Assembly (NCBI GenBank): GCA_002426795.1
Contig: DINQ01000011.1
Span: 41,525 to 105,524, forward strand
Direction: 5' to 3'
DNA from: Bacteroidales bacterium UBA5536
GTDB lineage: Bacteria > Bacteroidota > Bacteroidia > Bacteroidales > F082
DNA: 64,000 bases
Shown: positions 46,840 through 56,667 of the stretch, in pieces
Layout: each line of letters begins with the position of its first letter
Numbering within the stretch: the stretch's first letter is position 1
The notes under the pieces: generated by a model
What the model saw: only the letters and a program-made list of their open reading frames with translations
What the model was told of the DNA's origin: nothing
Databases searched by the model: none
Program-made: the position numbers and the translations under genes

Positions 46840-47009
46840 GACAAAAAAATCAGAAAATTTGAACAAAATTACATTAAGATGATTTGCCGGAGTTTATGAA
46901 CATAAAAATCAATCAACAGCAGTCCGTTGATAACCAAAACGCACGCTATGCATGTTTATTGGACATACATAACATCAAATTCACTTAAAAGGTATGTTGT
47001 GATCAGAAA

Positions 47010-47204
47010 TTATTTTTCGTCTTTGTTTTTTTCTGATGACTTTTCCTCATCACCGCTGATTCCTTCTTTGAACTCCCTAACACCGCGACCCAATCCGCGC
47101 ATGAGTTCAGGAATTTTCTTGCCGCCAAACAGCAGCAACAAAACCAGGACGATAACAACTACCTGCCATGGGCCTACAACCCCTAAAAGAATTGATAAGT
47201 TCAT
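47010..47204 (-). CDS. tatA: twin-arginine translocase subunit TatA/E
   Basis: 64 aa. TM helix followed by FGGKKIPELMRGLGRGVREFK. The start is taken at MNLSILLG. Confidence 0.88.
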   Translation of the reverse strand: MNLSILLGVVGPWQVVVIVLVLLLLFGGKKIPELMRGLGRGVREFKEGISGDEEKSSEKNKDEK

Positions 47205-47303
47205 ATGAAATTGGTATTTTCCGTGGCAAATATACAACAAAAACGATAGGTGCTTTGGGCCGATTGTTTACCTTTGGACAATTAAAAAAATATCTGGATT
47301 TTT

Positions 47304-49325
47304 ATGAAAGCACTTTTTTCATTTGCAGTTTGCAGTTTTTTGGTCCTGATCGGGTTTCAGGGTCATGCGCAAACGCAAAAACAGCCTGATTGGCGCAAGC
47401 TTCATTATTTATCGGCAGAAGAAATGTCGTTACCTGCAACAAATAACGTCAACTTCACAGAAACCGATCCACCTGAGGGAGGCGGCAGGATGGTAGCAGA
47501 GTTTGAACCTATGCAGGCAGTATTGATTCGTTATCCACTTGGCATTCCATATAGTGTAATTGCTGAAATGGCATCAGATCTTCCTGTCATCACCATTGTG
47601 AGCAGCAACAGCCAGGCCACGCAGGTTCTGAATCTCTACACACAAAACGGCATCAACACCGACAATTGTTCATTCCTGATTGCAGCTTCTGATTCGTACT
47701 GGACGCGTGATTACGGCCCATGGTATGTTTTTGATGGCAACAAACAGCCTGGTATTGTTGATTTTCCATACGACAGACCCAGACCCAATGACAATCTAAT
47801 ACCTGTAAAAATGGCTGAACACCTTGGAATCAACCTTTACGGGATGAACCTGGTGCACACAGGTGGCAATATGATGGTCGACGGACGCGGCATGGCTGCT
47901 TCAACCGATCTTGTTTATGAAGAAAACACCAATTACACCACACAGCAGATTCAGGAAAAGGTGGAAGCCTATCTTGGTGTAACACGCTATGATGTTACCA
48001 TCGACCCGCTTGACGATTACATCAAGCACATTGATTGTTGGGGTAAATACCTGGCTCCTGATAAAATTCTTATCGGTCAGGTGCCCGAATCTGATTATCG
48101 CTATGCTGACTATGAAGCTGTCGCCAATTATTTCGAAACTACGCCATCAGCTTATGGTTATCCTTATAAAGTATACAGGACCTATTCGCCCGGAACCTCA
48201 CCTGGAACTCCTTATACCAACTCTTTGATTCTCAATAATAAAGTTTTGGTTCCACTCACAGGCAGCCAGTGGGATGACGAAGCAATGGCTGTATACGAAG
48301 AAGCCATGCCGGGATACGAAATCATTGGTGTGCCATGGGGAAGTTGGTATAATACCGACGCTTTGCACTGCCGAACCAAAGGCGTTGCCGACCTGGGCAT
48401 GCTGTTTATCGACCACCGTCCTGTTTATGGTACGATTGAGTGGCAGGACTCCGTTGCTGTAACGAGTAAAATCATCCCCTATTCGGGCGAGGCACTTGTG
48501 ACAGATTCGGTTTTGGTATTCTACAGTATCAATGGTGGTAATTACCAGACCAGCCTGCTTACAGCCGATGGAAATGATATGTATACCGGATATATCAAAG
48601 GTTATTCTGATGGTGATACTGTTGATTATTACGTTTTTGCCAAAGATGAGAGTGGCCGAAGGCTCTCACAGCCTTATATGGGCGCATTAGATCCGCACGA
48701 ATTTATCCTGGAAGAAAATACAACTGGTTTGTTAACTATTTCTCCAGACACACTCGTTTTCGATTGGGAATTTGAACGCACCTTCTCCATCGCCAACCAA
48801 ACCGGCAGTGATGTCACCCTCCAATCTATCGAAAACATCACGCCTGAAATTCAATTTGCCATGATTGAAGACGAAAACCTTCCGGCAATGCCTTTTGTTT
48901 TGCACGATGGCGAAACACTTCCGGTGCTTGTTACTTTGTTAATCCCCGTTGAAAGCATAAATCCGATTAATTATTACGATGAAACCATCCGAATCACTTC
49001 CAGTGCTGGCGTACAGGATTTGCCGGTAAAAATTAACATGGACCTTGTGAGTGGAAACCAGGAGTTGAACAGGCTAAGCATGCTTCAAATATATCCAAAT
49101 CCTTTTACGGGTAGTTTTACCATTGAATTTAGTTTATCTGAGGCCGAATTGACTCAGATCGAGCTGATAGACCTGACTGGTAGAGTCGTTGCTGTTGTTA
49201 TGAACCAGACGATACCTGCCGGTATGCAAGTAATCCCGTGGGATGGACGACTTGAAAAGGGAGTTTACTTCTGTCGCATCAATGCTGGAAACCAGACCTT
49301 GATTCAAAAAATCATCAGGCAATAG
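47304..49325 (+). CDS. secreted agmatine deiminase / Porphyromonas-type peptidylarginine deiminase family protein with a T9SS C-terminal domain
   Basis: Signal peptide. WTRDYGPWYV, DFPYDRPRPNDN, HTGGNMMVDGRG, HIDCWGKYL and the catalytic-Cys context TDALHCRTKG. C-terminal LQIYPNPFTGSFTIEF...GVYFCRINAGNQTLIQKII. Confidence 0.8.
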   Translation: MKALFSFAVCSFLVLIGFQGHAQTQKQPDWRKLHYLSAEEMSLPATNNVNFTETDPPEGGGRMVAEFEPMQAVLIRYPLGIPYSVIAEMASDLPVITIVSSNSQATQVLNLYTQNGINTDNCSFLIAASDSYWTRDYGPWYVFDGNKQPGIVDFPYDRPRPNDNLIPVKMAEHLGINLYGMNLVHTGGNMMVDGRGMAASTDLVYEENTNYTTQQIQEKVEAYLGVTRYDVTIDPLDDYIKHIDCWGKYLAPDKILIGQVPESDYRYADYEAVANYFETTPSAYGYPYKVYRTYSPGTSPGTPYTNSLILNNKVLVPLTGSQWDDEAMAVYEEAMPGYEIIGVPWGSWYNTDALHCRTKGVADLGMLFIDHRPVYGTIEWQDSVAVTSKIIPYSGEALVTDSVLVFYSINGGNYQTSLLTADGNDMYTGYIKGYSDGDTVDYYVFAKDESGRRLSQPYMGALDPHEFILEENTTGLLTISPDTLVFDWEFERTFSIANQTGSDVTLQSIENITPEIQFAMIEDENLPAMPFVLHDGETLPVLVTLLIPVESINPINYYDETIRITSSAGVQDLPVKINMDLVSGNQELNRLSMLQIYPNPFTGSFTIEFSLSEAELTQIELIDLTGRVVAVVMNQTIPAGMQVIPWDGRLEKGVYFCRINAGNQTLIQKIIRQ

Positions 49326-49346
49326 CAGCCTAATTGATAAAAACTG

Positions 49347-49380
49347 AAAATCCCATCCGATTGTTCGAATGGGATTTTTT
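49347..49380. terminator. bidirectional hairpin terminator between convergent genes
   Basis: AAAATCCCAT-(loop)-ATGGGATTTT, with an A-tract on one side and a T-tract on the other. Confidence 0.7.
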
Positions 49381-49498
49381 ATACCAATATCTGACTCAGA
49401 TAGATCGCCATGGCCAGCGAGGCCAGAATGATCCAGAACGTCAGGCTCTGAGGCAAATCATCCTTTTCGGGATCGTAATCGAAATCACTTTTTTTCAT
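49379..49498 (-). CDS. possible 39-aa membrane peptide (MKKSDFDYDPEKDDLPQSLTFWIILASLAMAIYLSQILV)
   Basis: I translated this by hand; it is below the ORF-track size cutoff. An acidic N-terminus is followed by one clear TM helix, and the stop lies in the hairpin terminator. Confidence 0.3.
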   Translation of the reverse strand: MKKSDFDYDPEKDDLPQSLTFWIILASLAMAIYLSQILV

Positions 49499-49590
49499 GG
49501 AATGCGTATTAATAGCTAACGCTGATGGTGACAAAGATAGATAAACTTAACGAAAAGTCAATCTCTAAAAAAATCTGCAAAACCTTTGGC

Positions 49591-50829
49591 TTATGGAAGT
49601 TTATCTAGTCGTACACCATTTTTAAATGCCACAATAAAAGCATCATACACCTTGTTTTGGGATCTTATGCTATTACGTTTAACTACTGCCTCATCATAAG
49701 AGGCAAAGTTGCCAATCGTGTATATGAAATAGCCTTTGTGTGTCGACTCCATGATTTCATCCTGGGGAAGGTTGTAACTTCTGGCCAGCTCAGCTGTGGA
49801 TATTTTGTGTCCATATCGAGCTCGAATTTGCACCCTGTATTCGATTCCATCTGATTTGATGTATTGGGGTTTTGGAGTCTCTTTTACCACTTCGATTTCA
49901 GGTTCTTTGACTTCTATTGGTGCTTCAACATCCAACACATCTATCACCCTGTTAAACGCATTGGTGCCCTGTGGGTTTTGGTTGCTTTCGGGCTGAACAG
50001 GCTCTTCTTCATACTGTGGCATCGTGATCGGCACAATTTCCTGATCATCTTCGGGCACCAGTTTAACCTTACCAATTCTTCTATTGAAAGTATAAGCTAT
50101 ACCAAGTGATGTATGATTGTATACATCATACTTAAACATGTTGACATAATTATCCAACAAATCAGAATTAATTCCTCTGTTGGCTGACTCCAATCTGATT
50201 GCCCAATTATCATTCAGGTGAATATCGACACCAAAACCACCCAGTAAAAGGCCTTCGAGTGTGCGACCACCTATACCTTTACCATTTCCAAAACCAAGCG
50301 TTGAAACAGTTTTATTGCTTCCGAGCTCGTAGACGGTTGTGTTATAATTCAACAGACCAATACCAAATATCACATGAAATGAAATTGGTTTATCTCTTAA
50401 AAATCCACCTATCAAATTATTAAGATTGACAGCGGTGCTCAGGTTGAATTCGATGAGTTCTGAGTTGAAATACTTCTTCCAGGCGCGACGGGTACCTGCC
50501 AGTTCAGAATAAAGTCCTTGCCCACGGATACTGAAAACAGGGCTGATGGATCGTTCGAGCATCAGATTGCCACCAAAACGCCATTCACTTTCGTAGTTAG
50601 TGACAGGATAATACTGGTATTGCTTCATGTCGCCAAAAAACAAAGTGGGACCACCCCCAACACTCAAAGTCCACCTTCCCTTAAAAGAACTCCCTTCTGT
50701 AACTGTCTGATTACCAATTTTTGTAGAGCGTGTATAAGTTGATTGGCCGCTGAGTGACGATGTAGCAACCCCAAAAAACATTACCAGAAAACTAATAACG
50801 ATTCGTTTGTCAGATAAAAAGGCTCTCAT
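49591..50829 (-). CDS. outer-membrane beta-barrel protein with a C-terminal SPOR domain
   Basis: Signal peptide and beta-barrel-like N-terminal half. Pro/Glu-rich linker. C-terminal YRVQIRARYGHKIS...GYFIYTIGNFASYDEAVVKRNSI is SPOR-like. Confidence 0.65.
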   Translation of the reverse strand: MRAFLSDKRIVISFLVMFFGVATSSLSGQSTYTRSTKIGNQTVTEGSSFKGRWTLSVGGGPTLFFGDMKQYQYYPVTNYESEWRFGGNLMLERSISPVFSIRGQGLYSELAGTRRAWKKYFNSELIEFNLSTAVNLNNLIGGFLRDKPISFHVIFGIGLLNYNTTVYELGSNKTVSTLGFGNGKGIGGRTLEGLLLGGFGVDIHLNDNWAIRLESANRGINSDLLDNYVNMFKYDVYNHTSLGIAYTFNRRIGKVKLVPEDDQEIVPITMPQYEEEPVQPESNQNPQGTNAFNRVIDVLDVEAPIEVKEPEIEVVKETPKPQYIKSDGIEYRVQIRARYGHKISTAELARSYNLPQDEIMESTHKGYFIYTIGNFASYDEAVVKRNSIRSQNKVYDAFIVAFKNGVRLDKLP

Positions 50830-50980
50830 TTTGGATGGTGGTTATATGCGGAATTGGGCAAACGGATACTTTAGCGGCTAATTTAGGCAAGAAATACAGG
50901 GCAACAGACTTTAAAAAAAGAGGTTTATAAACATGAATATGTTCATAAACCCCTACTTTTGCTCCAAAAAATAAGTGTTT

Positions 50981-52699
50981 TTATTTCAACCAGGCTTCAA
51001 CCGTGTCGATTTGAAGAGCCGGAATGTCCAGCTTGTTTTTCTTACGAAGTCCGTTCAACTTTTGCATCAAAACAGCCGGTTTCTCTTCCTTAAAAGCCTC
51101 AAGACTTTGGTAACCTGCCTGCACAATCCATGTGGCCCATTCTTCCGGAACACCAAGTTTCACAAAATCTGAAGTTTCAGCCATTTTTTTCACCTTTTCA
51201 GGACGCATCTGAGGAAATAACAGCACTTCCTGAATCGACGACTGACCCGTGAGCAACATTACCAGCCTGTCGATACCAATTCCCATGCCGGAAGTCGGCG
51301 GCATACCATATTCGAGTGCGCGCAAAAAGTCCTGATCAATAAACATGGCTTCGTTGTCGCCTCTTTCCGAAAGACGTATCTGTTCTTCAAAACGACGGCG
51401 CTGATCGATCGGATCGTTGAGCTCAGTGTAGGCGTTTGCTACTTCCTTTCCGTTGATCATCAGCTCAAAGCGTTCTGTGAGTTCAGGATTTTCGCGGTGA
51501 CGTTTACACAAAGGTGACATCTCAACCGGATAATCGGTAATGAAGGTCGGCTGGATATAATTGGGCTCGCATTTTTCACCAAAAATTTCGTCGATCAGCT
51601 TTCCTTTGCCCATGCTTTCATCCGTTTCTATTCCGAGTTTGGCACACACTTCCCTCAGGCCGGCCTCATCCATGCCCGAAACATCGAATCCTGTATGTTC
51701 CTTGATGGCATCGAGCATGGTAACGCGCTTAAAGGGACGCTGAAAACTGATTTCATGGTCACCAACCTTCACTTTATCGGTCCCGGTTGTTTCTTTTACG
51801 GTGCGTTCGATCATGGCCTCGGTGAAGTCCATCATCCAGAGATAATCTTTATATGCTACATAGATTTCGAGCACCGTAAACTCAGGATTGTGCATGCGGT
51901 CCATGCCCTCATTCCTGAAGTCTTTCGAAAACTCATATACGCCATCAAAACCACCAACAATCAGCCGTTTGAGATAGAGTTCGTTGGCAATCCGCAAATA
52001 AAGCGGAATATCAAGTGCATTGTGGTGCGTAACAAACGGACGAGCAGAGGCTCCTCCCGGAATGGGTTGGAGAATTGGCGTCTCTACTTCAAGATAACCA
52101 TGTTCGTTGAAGAAATTTCGCATGGCATTAATGGCCTTGGTGCGCTTGATGAAGGTATCTTTTACCTGCTCGTTTACAATCAAATCAACATACCGCATTC
52201 TGTAGCGCTGCTCCGGATCGGTAAAGGCATCATAGAGCTTGCCGTCCTTTTCTTTAACGATGGGCAGTGGCCTGAGCGATTTGCTCAGCACTTTCATTTC
52301 CGTGACATGAACTGTTATTTCACCCATTTGGGTTACAAACACAAAACCACGTACACCGATGATATCGCCAATATCAAGCATCCGTTTAAACACATTGTTG
52401 TAGAGGGTCTTATCCTCTCCCGGACACAAATCATCGCGTTTGAAATACAGTTGGATACGGCCTGCGCTGTCCTGCAACTCAACAAAAGAGGCAGCTCCCA
52501 TGATGCGTCGGCTCATGATGCGACCCGCAATCGAAATGTCCTGGAAGGCATCCTTGTTTTCATTAAACTGCTCAGTAATTATTTGGGTATTGGTGGTCAC
52601 CTCAAACTGTTCCGGAGGATAGGGATTGATCCCTGCCTGGTATAGTTCGGCCAGTGATTGTCGTCTCACTTGTTCTTGTTCGCTCAGCATCAGACTCAT
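50981..52699 (-). CDS. lysS: lysine--tRNA ligase, class II, with the Bacteroidota-type C-terminal extension
   Basis: OB-fold N-terminus. Motif 2 context [19 protein letters not shown]. Motif 3 [11 protein letters not shown]. About 70 extra C-terminal residues. The start is taken at [10 protein letters not shown] (52699). Confidence 0.93.
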   Translation of the reverse strand: MSLMLSEQEQVRRQSLAELYQAGINPYPPEQFEVTTNTQIITEQFNENKDAFQDISIAGRIMSRRIMGAASFVELQDSAGRIQLYFKRDDLCPGEDKTLYNNVFKRMLDIGDIIGVRGFVFVTQMGEITVHVTEMKVLSKSLRPLPIVKEKDGKLYDAFTDPEQRYRMRYVDLIVNEQVKDTFIKRTKAINAMRNFFNEHGYLEVETPILQPIPGGASARPFVTHHNALDIPLYLRIANELYLKRLIVGGFDGVYEFSKDFRNEGMDRMHNPEFTVLEIYVAYKDYLWMMDFTEAMIERTVKETTGTDKVKVGDHEISFQRPFKRVTMLDAIKEHTGFDVSGMDEAGLREVCAKLGIETDESMGKGKLIDEIFGEKCEPNYIQPTFITDYPVEMSPLCKRHRENPELTERFELMINGKEVANAYTELNDPIDQRRRFEEQIRLSERGDNEAMFIDQDFLRALEYGMPPTSGMGIGIDRLVMLLTGQSSIQEVLLFPQMRPEKVKKMAETSDFVKLGVPEEWATWIVQAGYQSLEAFKEEKPAVLMQKLNGLRKKNKLDIPALQIDTVEAWLK

Positions 52700-52732
52700 A
52701 TTGAAAAAATTTCGGCAAAGATACGCAATCTG

Positions 52733-52762
52733 CACAAAAACAAAGCCCGCCAATTGGCGGGC
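52733..52762 (-). terminator. intrinsic terminator of the large T9SS-cargo gene
   Basis: Perfect GCCCGCC-AATT-GGCGGGC hairpin, followed on the minus strand by TTTGTTTTTG. Confidence 0.75.
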
Positions 52763-52796
52763 TCTGAAGAATTTATCGGGCTGTTAACAGCAAGGA

Positions 52797-55700
52797 CTAT
52801 CTTTTAATAATCAGCTTGCGGCTTACCCTGATGCTCCCATCTACTACCAAATTGTAAGAACCAGATGGCAGATTTGTCAGGTTCAGCTCGGTTTTACCTG
52901 TATTTGTTGTGAGTTGTTTCTGTTCAAAAACGACGGTTCCGTTGGCATCAAAAACTCTCAACTGTACATTTTGACTGGCTTTGCTTTGCAAATCCATGAC
53001 AAATCGACCATCGCCAGGATTTGGATATACTTCCAGACTGATGGCTGTGTTTTCATTGATGCCAGTGCAGTTGATAAAGTCAATCATCACCTCATCAGAA
53101 CGCTTCACGCAATTGTTTTCGTTGGTGAGTTCTACCCAGAATGTTTGTGCACCATAACCAACACCTGTGGTATCGGCCGCAATGCTTTGCGTTGTTGCAC
53201 CGTTTGACCATAAATAGGCATAGCCTTCGAGACCGGCATCCAAAATAGCCTGATCGCTACCACAAATGGTTTTGTCAGGGCCAAGTTCAGCCAGAGGAGG
53301 TAATTCGTTAAAGGTAACCTGCATTGTATCTGCATTCACACAGCCATACTCACTCGTAACCTGAACCCAAATTTCATGTGTTCCAAAGCCCAATTGTGCG
53401 CTTCCCAGTTCAAGTTGCTGGCTGGTTTCGCCTGTAGACCACAAATAGCTTGCGCCTTCGTTGGCAGCATCGAGCATAATGGTTTCTTCGCCACAGGCAG
53501 CCATATCAGCACCCAAATCTACAGCAGGAATTTCGCCGATAGTAACCATGAGCGTATCAGTGTTTGAACAACCATGCTCAGAAGTGACTTCAACCCATAT
53601 TTCGTGCATTCCTGTACCAAATGTGGCAGCCGATACTTCGAGTGTGGCTGAAGTTTCGCCATTTGACCACAGATAGCTTGCACCTTCCATGGTGGCATCC
53701 AGCATCATGGTCTCATCACCACACAAATTGGCGTCTGCTCCCAGCTCGGGTTGTGGCAAGGGGTAAACTGTTATTGTAACAGGTTCGCTAGAAATGGTAT
53801 CCATTTCCACAATCATATTTGCAATATATGTCGTTGTTACCTCAGGACTCAACTCAGCAAATTGTGTTTCAGCAACAACTTCTCCTTCAGTAGTTTTCCA
53901 GAAATAAACAAGATCTCCGGAAGTACCTGTTGGTTCGGCTACCAAAGTAGTTGTGTCACCGGCGCAAATTTCTGAAGGTTCAGCAGTTGCGGTCAGGTAA
54001 ATAGAAGACACTTTCAGGTGCAAGGGCACGAGTGATAACAAGTTATCCGGATCGTTATTGGCAATCTTGAGGTTTGCATAGTAATCGCCTTCTTCTACAT
54101 CAGTTGCGTTAAAAGTAACCGTAATTGTATCTGTTGCACCAGCAGCAATTACACCTTCGTTTGGTGTATAATTCAGCCAGCTGATTACGTTGAGTGTATA
54201 ATCTTCAACTTCACCGTAGGTAGTTGTTCCACAAGGACTAACTTCGCCGGTATAGGTGATGCGGATACGTATCCGGGTTTCACCTGAAGGGGTTCCTGTT
54301 GGTGGTTCGATCATGGCAGTATAAGGTCCGTTTCCTGGAGTTCCGGAAACAACAACCGGTTCGTCATCAAAAATACCGTTCTGATCCCAGTCGACCCACA
54401 CACCACACTGATCGCTGCTATATGAATTTCCATTGGTAACGGTAAGCATCAATGGCTCACCCGTTTTCACTTCTGCAGCCATATAGGTATAGTCGCTGTA
54501 GCCGTCTTCGCCACTGCTGTTATTGATCGTCCCCAGCTCAACCTGCGAAATAAACTCATCGCCACCACCAGACGCAGCGCAATAATCGTTAACTTCACGA
54601 TTCACATCGATTATTTCTGAGCTAACGCTATACAACAAGTCGAGCTGTCCTGTATTAGTCACAATCAATTGTTTGCTGCCGATTTCACCGGGTTGGAGCA
54701 ACTGATACAAACTAGCCGGGTCTACAGCGATATGTGCATCGCCCCATTGAACAGAAGCACGCGAAGCACCACTTTCGCCATCATTTTCATAGGCTGCAGT
54801 AACGCTGTAGCTATAGATGCCATAGTCGGGAAGTTGGTCGATGTAGGTCGTATCTTCGGTAGTGCCCACCAATTCATTGTCGCGATAAATGTTGAAGTGA
54901 AGGAATTGAGGTGCTGTAACATAATGCCATTCGAGACTGGTTTCGCCAGTTTCAAATTCCACTACAGCTGTGAGTTCAAACGGACGGCTGAGCGCATTGG
55001 TTTCGTAAGGAGAACAGAAAGACATGACATGACCCAAACGGTTGTCGGGCCATACTGGGAACACTTTGCCACCACGGGCATCAATGCCCAGGTAATCGCC
55101 CATATAGCCACCTGCAAGTCCTGGTATAGGAGAAGGAGTAAAAGCGACGTCTGAAACTTTAAAATCTTCCCAGGTTTCTCCTGCATCGTAACTATTGGCG
55201 CAATAAACCTCGCATTGTGTTGGGAAAACATTGCGGTCATCATAAAAAATGGCACTCAGGATTCCGTTTTCAGGGTCGCAGGTAATCCATGGCATATAAT
55301 GCTCTTTACCGACCCCAAATTCATCCTGATTAACTCTGACAGGGTCCGACCAGGTAATGCCCTGATCTGTTGATTTGATCATATAAACATCGATGCTGAC
55401 ATTTTGATTGACACCGGGCTCACCCACGTTTGTCCAAACGACATAAATATTTCCGTCATTTTCTCCACCCGAAATATCAACTGCCATCGACGGGAAGCTG
55501 TTAACACGGTGGTTTTTGCTGGTTTCGGTATTGCGAATACCTCTGATGTTGTTCATGATGCGAATGGCCGGATCCCAGGTTTCGCCGCCATCGAATGAAC
55601 GTGCAAAACCAAGTGCGCCTTCGTCTGACGGCCAACTATTATAAATTGCCCAAACTGCATAAACTTCACCATTAGGTCCGGTTGATAAGTTAACTCCCTG

Positions 55701-56492
55701 ATTGTGACTTCCGGCATTAACGGCTGTACTGATTGGTGCACGGGCACTCCAGGTCTCCCCGTCATCAGTAGAACGTGAAACAACAATTTCGTTATCGTTT
55801 GGTCCACCAAAATCAGTCCACGCGTTGTAGAGGTGTCCTTCGTATGGTGAAACCGGGCTGTTGTCAATCCAGAAATGATTTTTGTCAGCCAAAGATCCTG
55901 GGTTTGGAGCAATGGTTTTGCGTGTCCAGGTTTGGCCCTGGTCGTCGCTAAAAGCAACACCCTGTCCTCCAGGGTTGGTGATATAGTTCACATACCAGCG
56001 TCCATTTAACCCCATGGCAACAGCCGGGTCGCCACTATTACTTCCACCTGCTCCTTCAACCTCACCTTCCCAGCTTTCGCCAGCATCAAAAGTGTAAAAG
56101 TCATTAGCTCCATAGAGACTGCCTACAGGGTTTTGCGTGGAGTTGTTCGAGTTGAGAACATTGTCCGGATCGAGCGGATTGACAAAAATCGAGTTCTCAC
56201 TTTGGGTAGAATTGATATCAGTTACCGGCACATCCGGAGAGTCGTCAGTTACAACTGAATAAGCCTTAATCTTACTCCCGGTGAATACAGCCTGAGGGGC
56301 ACGTACATCAGGATTAAGGGTATACAATCCCTGGCTGGCCAATCGCTGATAATATCCATTATTGTCGATACGGGTATCGACCATGTGGCGTCTTTCGCGC
56401 TCAGTTTTACTGTCGTTGCTTATCACCCACTGCAACCCTGCAGCAAGCAGCACAAACGACACCAGGAGAAGAAGGGTAAATTGTTTTCTCAT
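52797..56492 (-). CDS. large secreted multidomain protein: sialidase-like BNR propeller, GEVED domain, three tandem Cys-containing repeats, T9SS C-terminal domain
   Basis: Asp-boxes (DQGQTWT, DDGETWS, DGGETWD, DQGITWS, DAGETWE). TTYGEVEDYTL. Three tandem repeats of about 75 aa. C-terminal LEVYPNPGDGRFVMDL...GSYNLVVDG. The start is taken at MRKQFTLLLLVSF (56492). Confidence 0.8.
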   Translation of the reverse strand: MRKQFTLLLLVSFVLLAAGLQWVISNDSKTERERRHMVDTRIDNNGYYQRLASQGLYTLNPDVRAPQAVFTGSKIKAYSVVTDDSPDVPVTDINSTQSENSIFVNPLDPDNVLNSNNSTQNPVGSLYGANDFYTFDAGESWEGEVEGAGGSNSGDPAVAMGLNGRWYVNYITNPGGQGVAFSDDQGQTWTRKTIAPNPGSLADKNHFWIDNSPVSPYEGHLYNAWTDFGGPNDNEIVVSRSTDDGETWSARAPISTAVNAGSHNQGVNLSTGPNGEVYAVWAIYNSWPSDEGALGFARSFDGGETWDPAIRIMNNIRGIRNTETSKNHRVNSFPSMAVDISGGENDGNIYVVWTNVGEPGVNQNVSIDVYMIKSTDQGITWSDPVRVNQDEFGVGKEHYMPWITCDPENGILSAIFYDDRNVFPTQCEVYCANSYDAGETWEDFKVSDVAFTPSPIPGLAGGYMGDYLGIDARGGKVFPVWPDNRLGHVMSFCSPYETNALSRPFELTAVVEFETGETSLEWHYVTAPQFLHFNIYRDNELVGTTEDTTYIDQLPDYGIYSYSVTAAYENDGESGASRASVQWGDAHIAVDPASLYQLLQPGEIGSKQLIVTNTGQLDLLYSVSSEIIDVNREVNDYCAASGGGDEFISQVELGTINNSSGEDGYSDYTYMAAEVKTGEPLMLTVTNGNSYSSDQCGVWVDWDQNGIFDDEPVVVSGTPGNGPYTAMIEPPTGTPSGETRIRIRITYTGEVSPCGTTTYGEVEDYTLNVISWLNYTPNEGVIAAGATDTITVTFNATDVEEGDYYANLKIANNDPDNLLSLVPLHLKVSSIYLTATAEPSEICAGDTTTLVAEPTGTSGDLVYFWKTTEGEVVAETQFAELSPEVTTTYIANMIVEMDTISSEPVTITVYPLPQPELGADANLCGDETMMLDATMEGASYLWSNGETSATLEVSAATFGTGMHEIWVEVTSEHGCSNTDTLMVTIGEIPAVDLGADMAACGEETIMLDAANEGASYLWSTGETSQQLELGSAQLGFGTHEIWVQVTSEYGCVNADTMQVTFNELPPLAELGPDKTICGSDQAILDAGLEGYAYLWSNGATTQSIAADTTGVGYGAQTFWVELTNENNCVKRSDEVMIDFINCTGINENTAISLEVYPNPGDGRFVMDLQSKASQNVQLRVFDANGTVVFEQKQLTTNTGKTELNLTNLPSGSYNLVVDGSIRVSRKLIIKR

Positions 56493-56667
56493 TTGGGTAT
56501 AATTTGAAATGAATGTTGGTGAATAAAGCCCAAAAATAAGCAAAAAATAATGCGGGCTAATTTTTACAGTTAAATCTCGTGCTTTTTTGGTGGCAACAAG
56601 CAAGCACGGAGTACAGAAAAATGAAAATTGCGCAAAAAAAAGTAGATGTAAAAAGTTTCGCTAAATC

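Noticed and set aside
51695-52645. 316-aa ORF on the plus strand antisense to lysS
   Set aside because: lysS has unambiguous class II motifs on the other strand. This is an antisense shadow ORF.
54669-55154. 161-aa ORF on the plus strand inside the large T9SS cargo gene
   Set aside because: It is a shadow ORF opposite a coherent 1231-aa reading frame.
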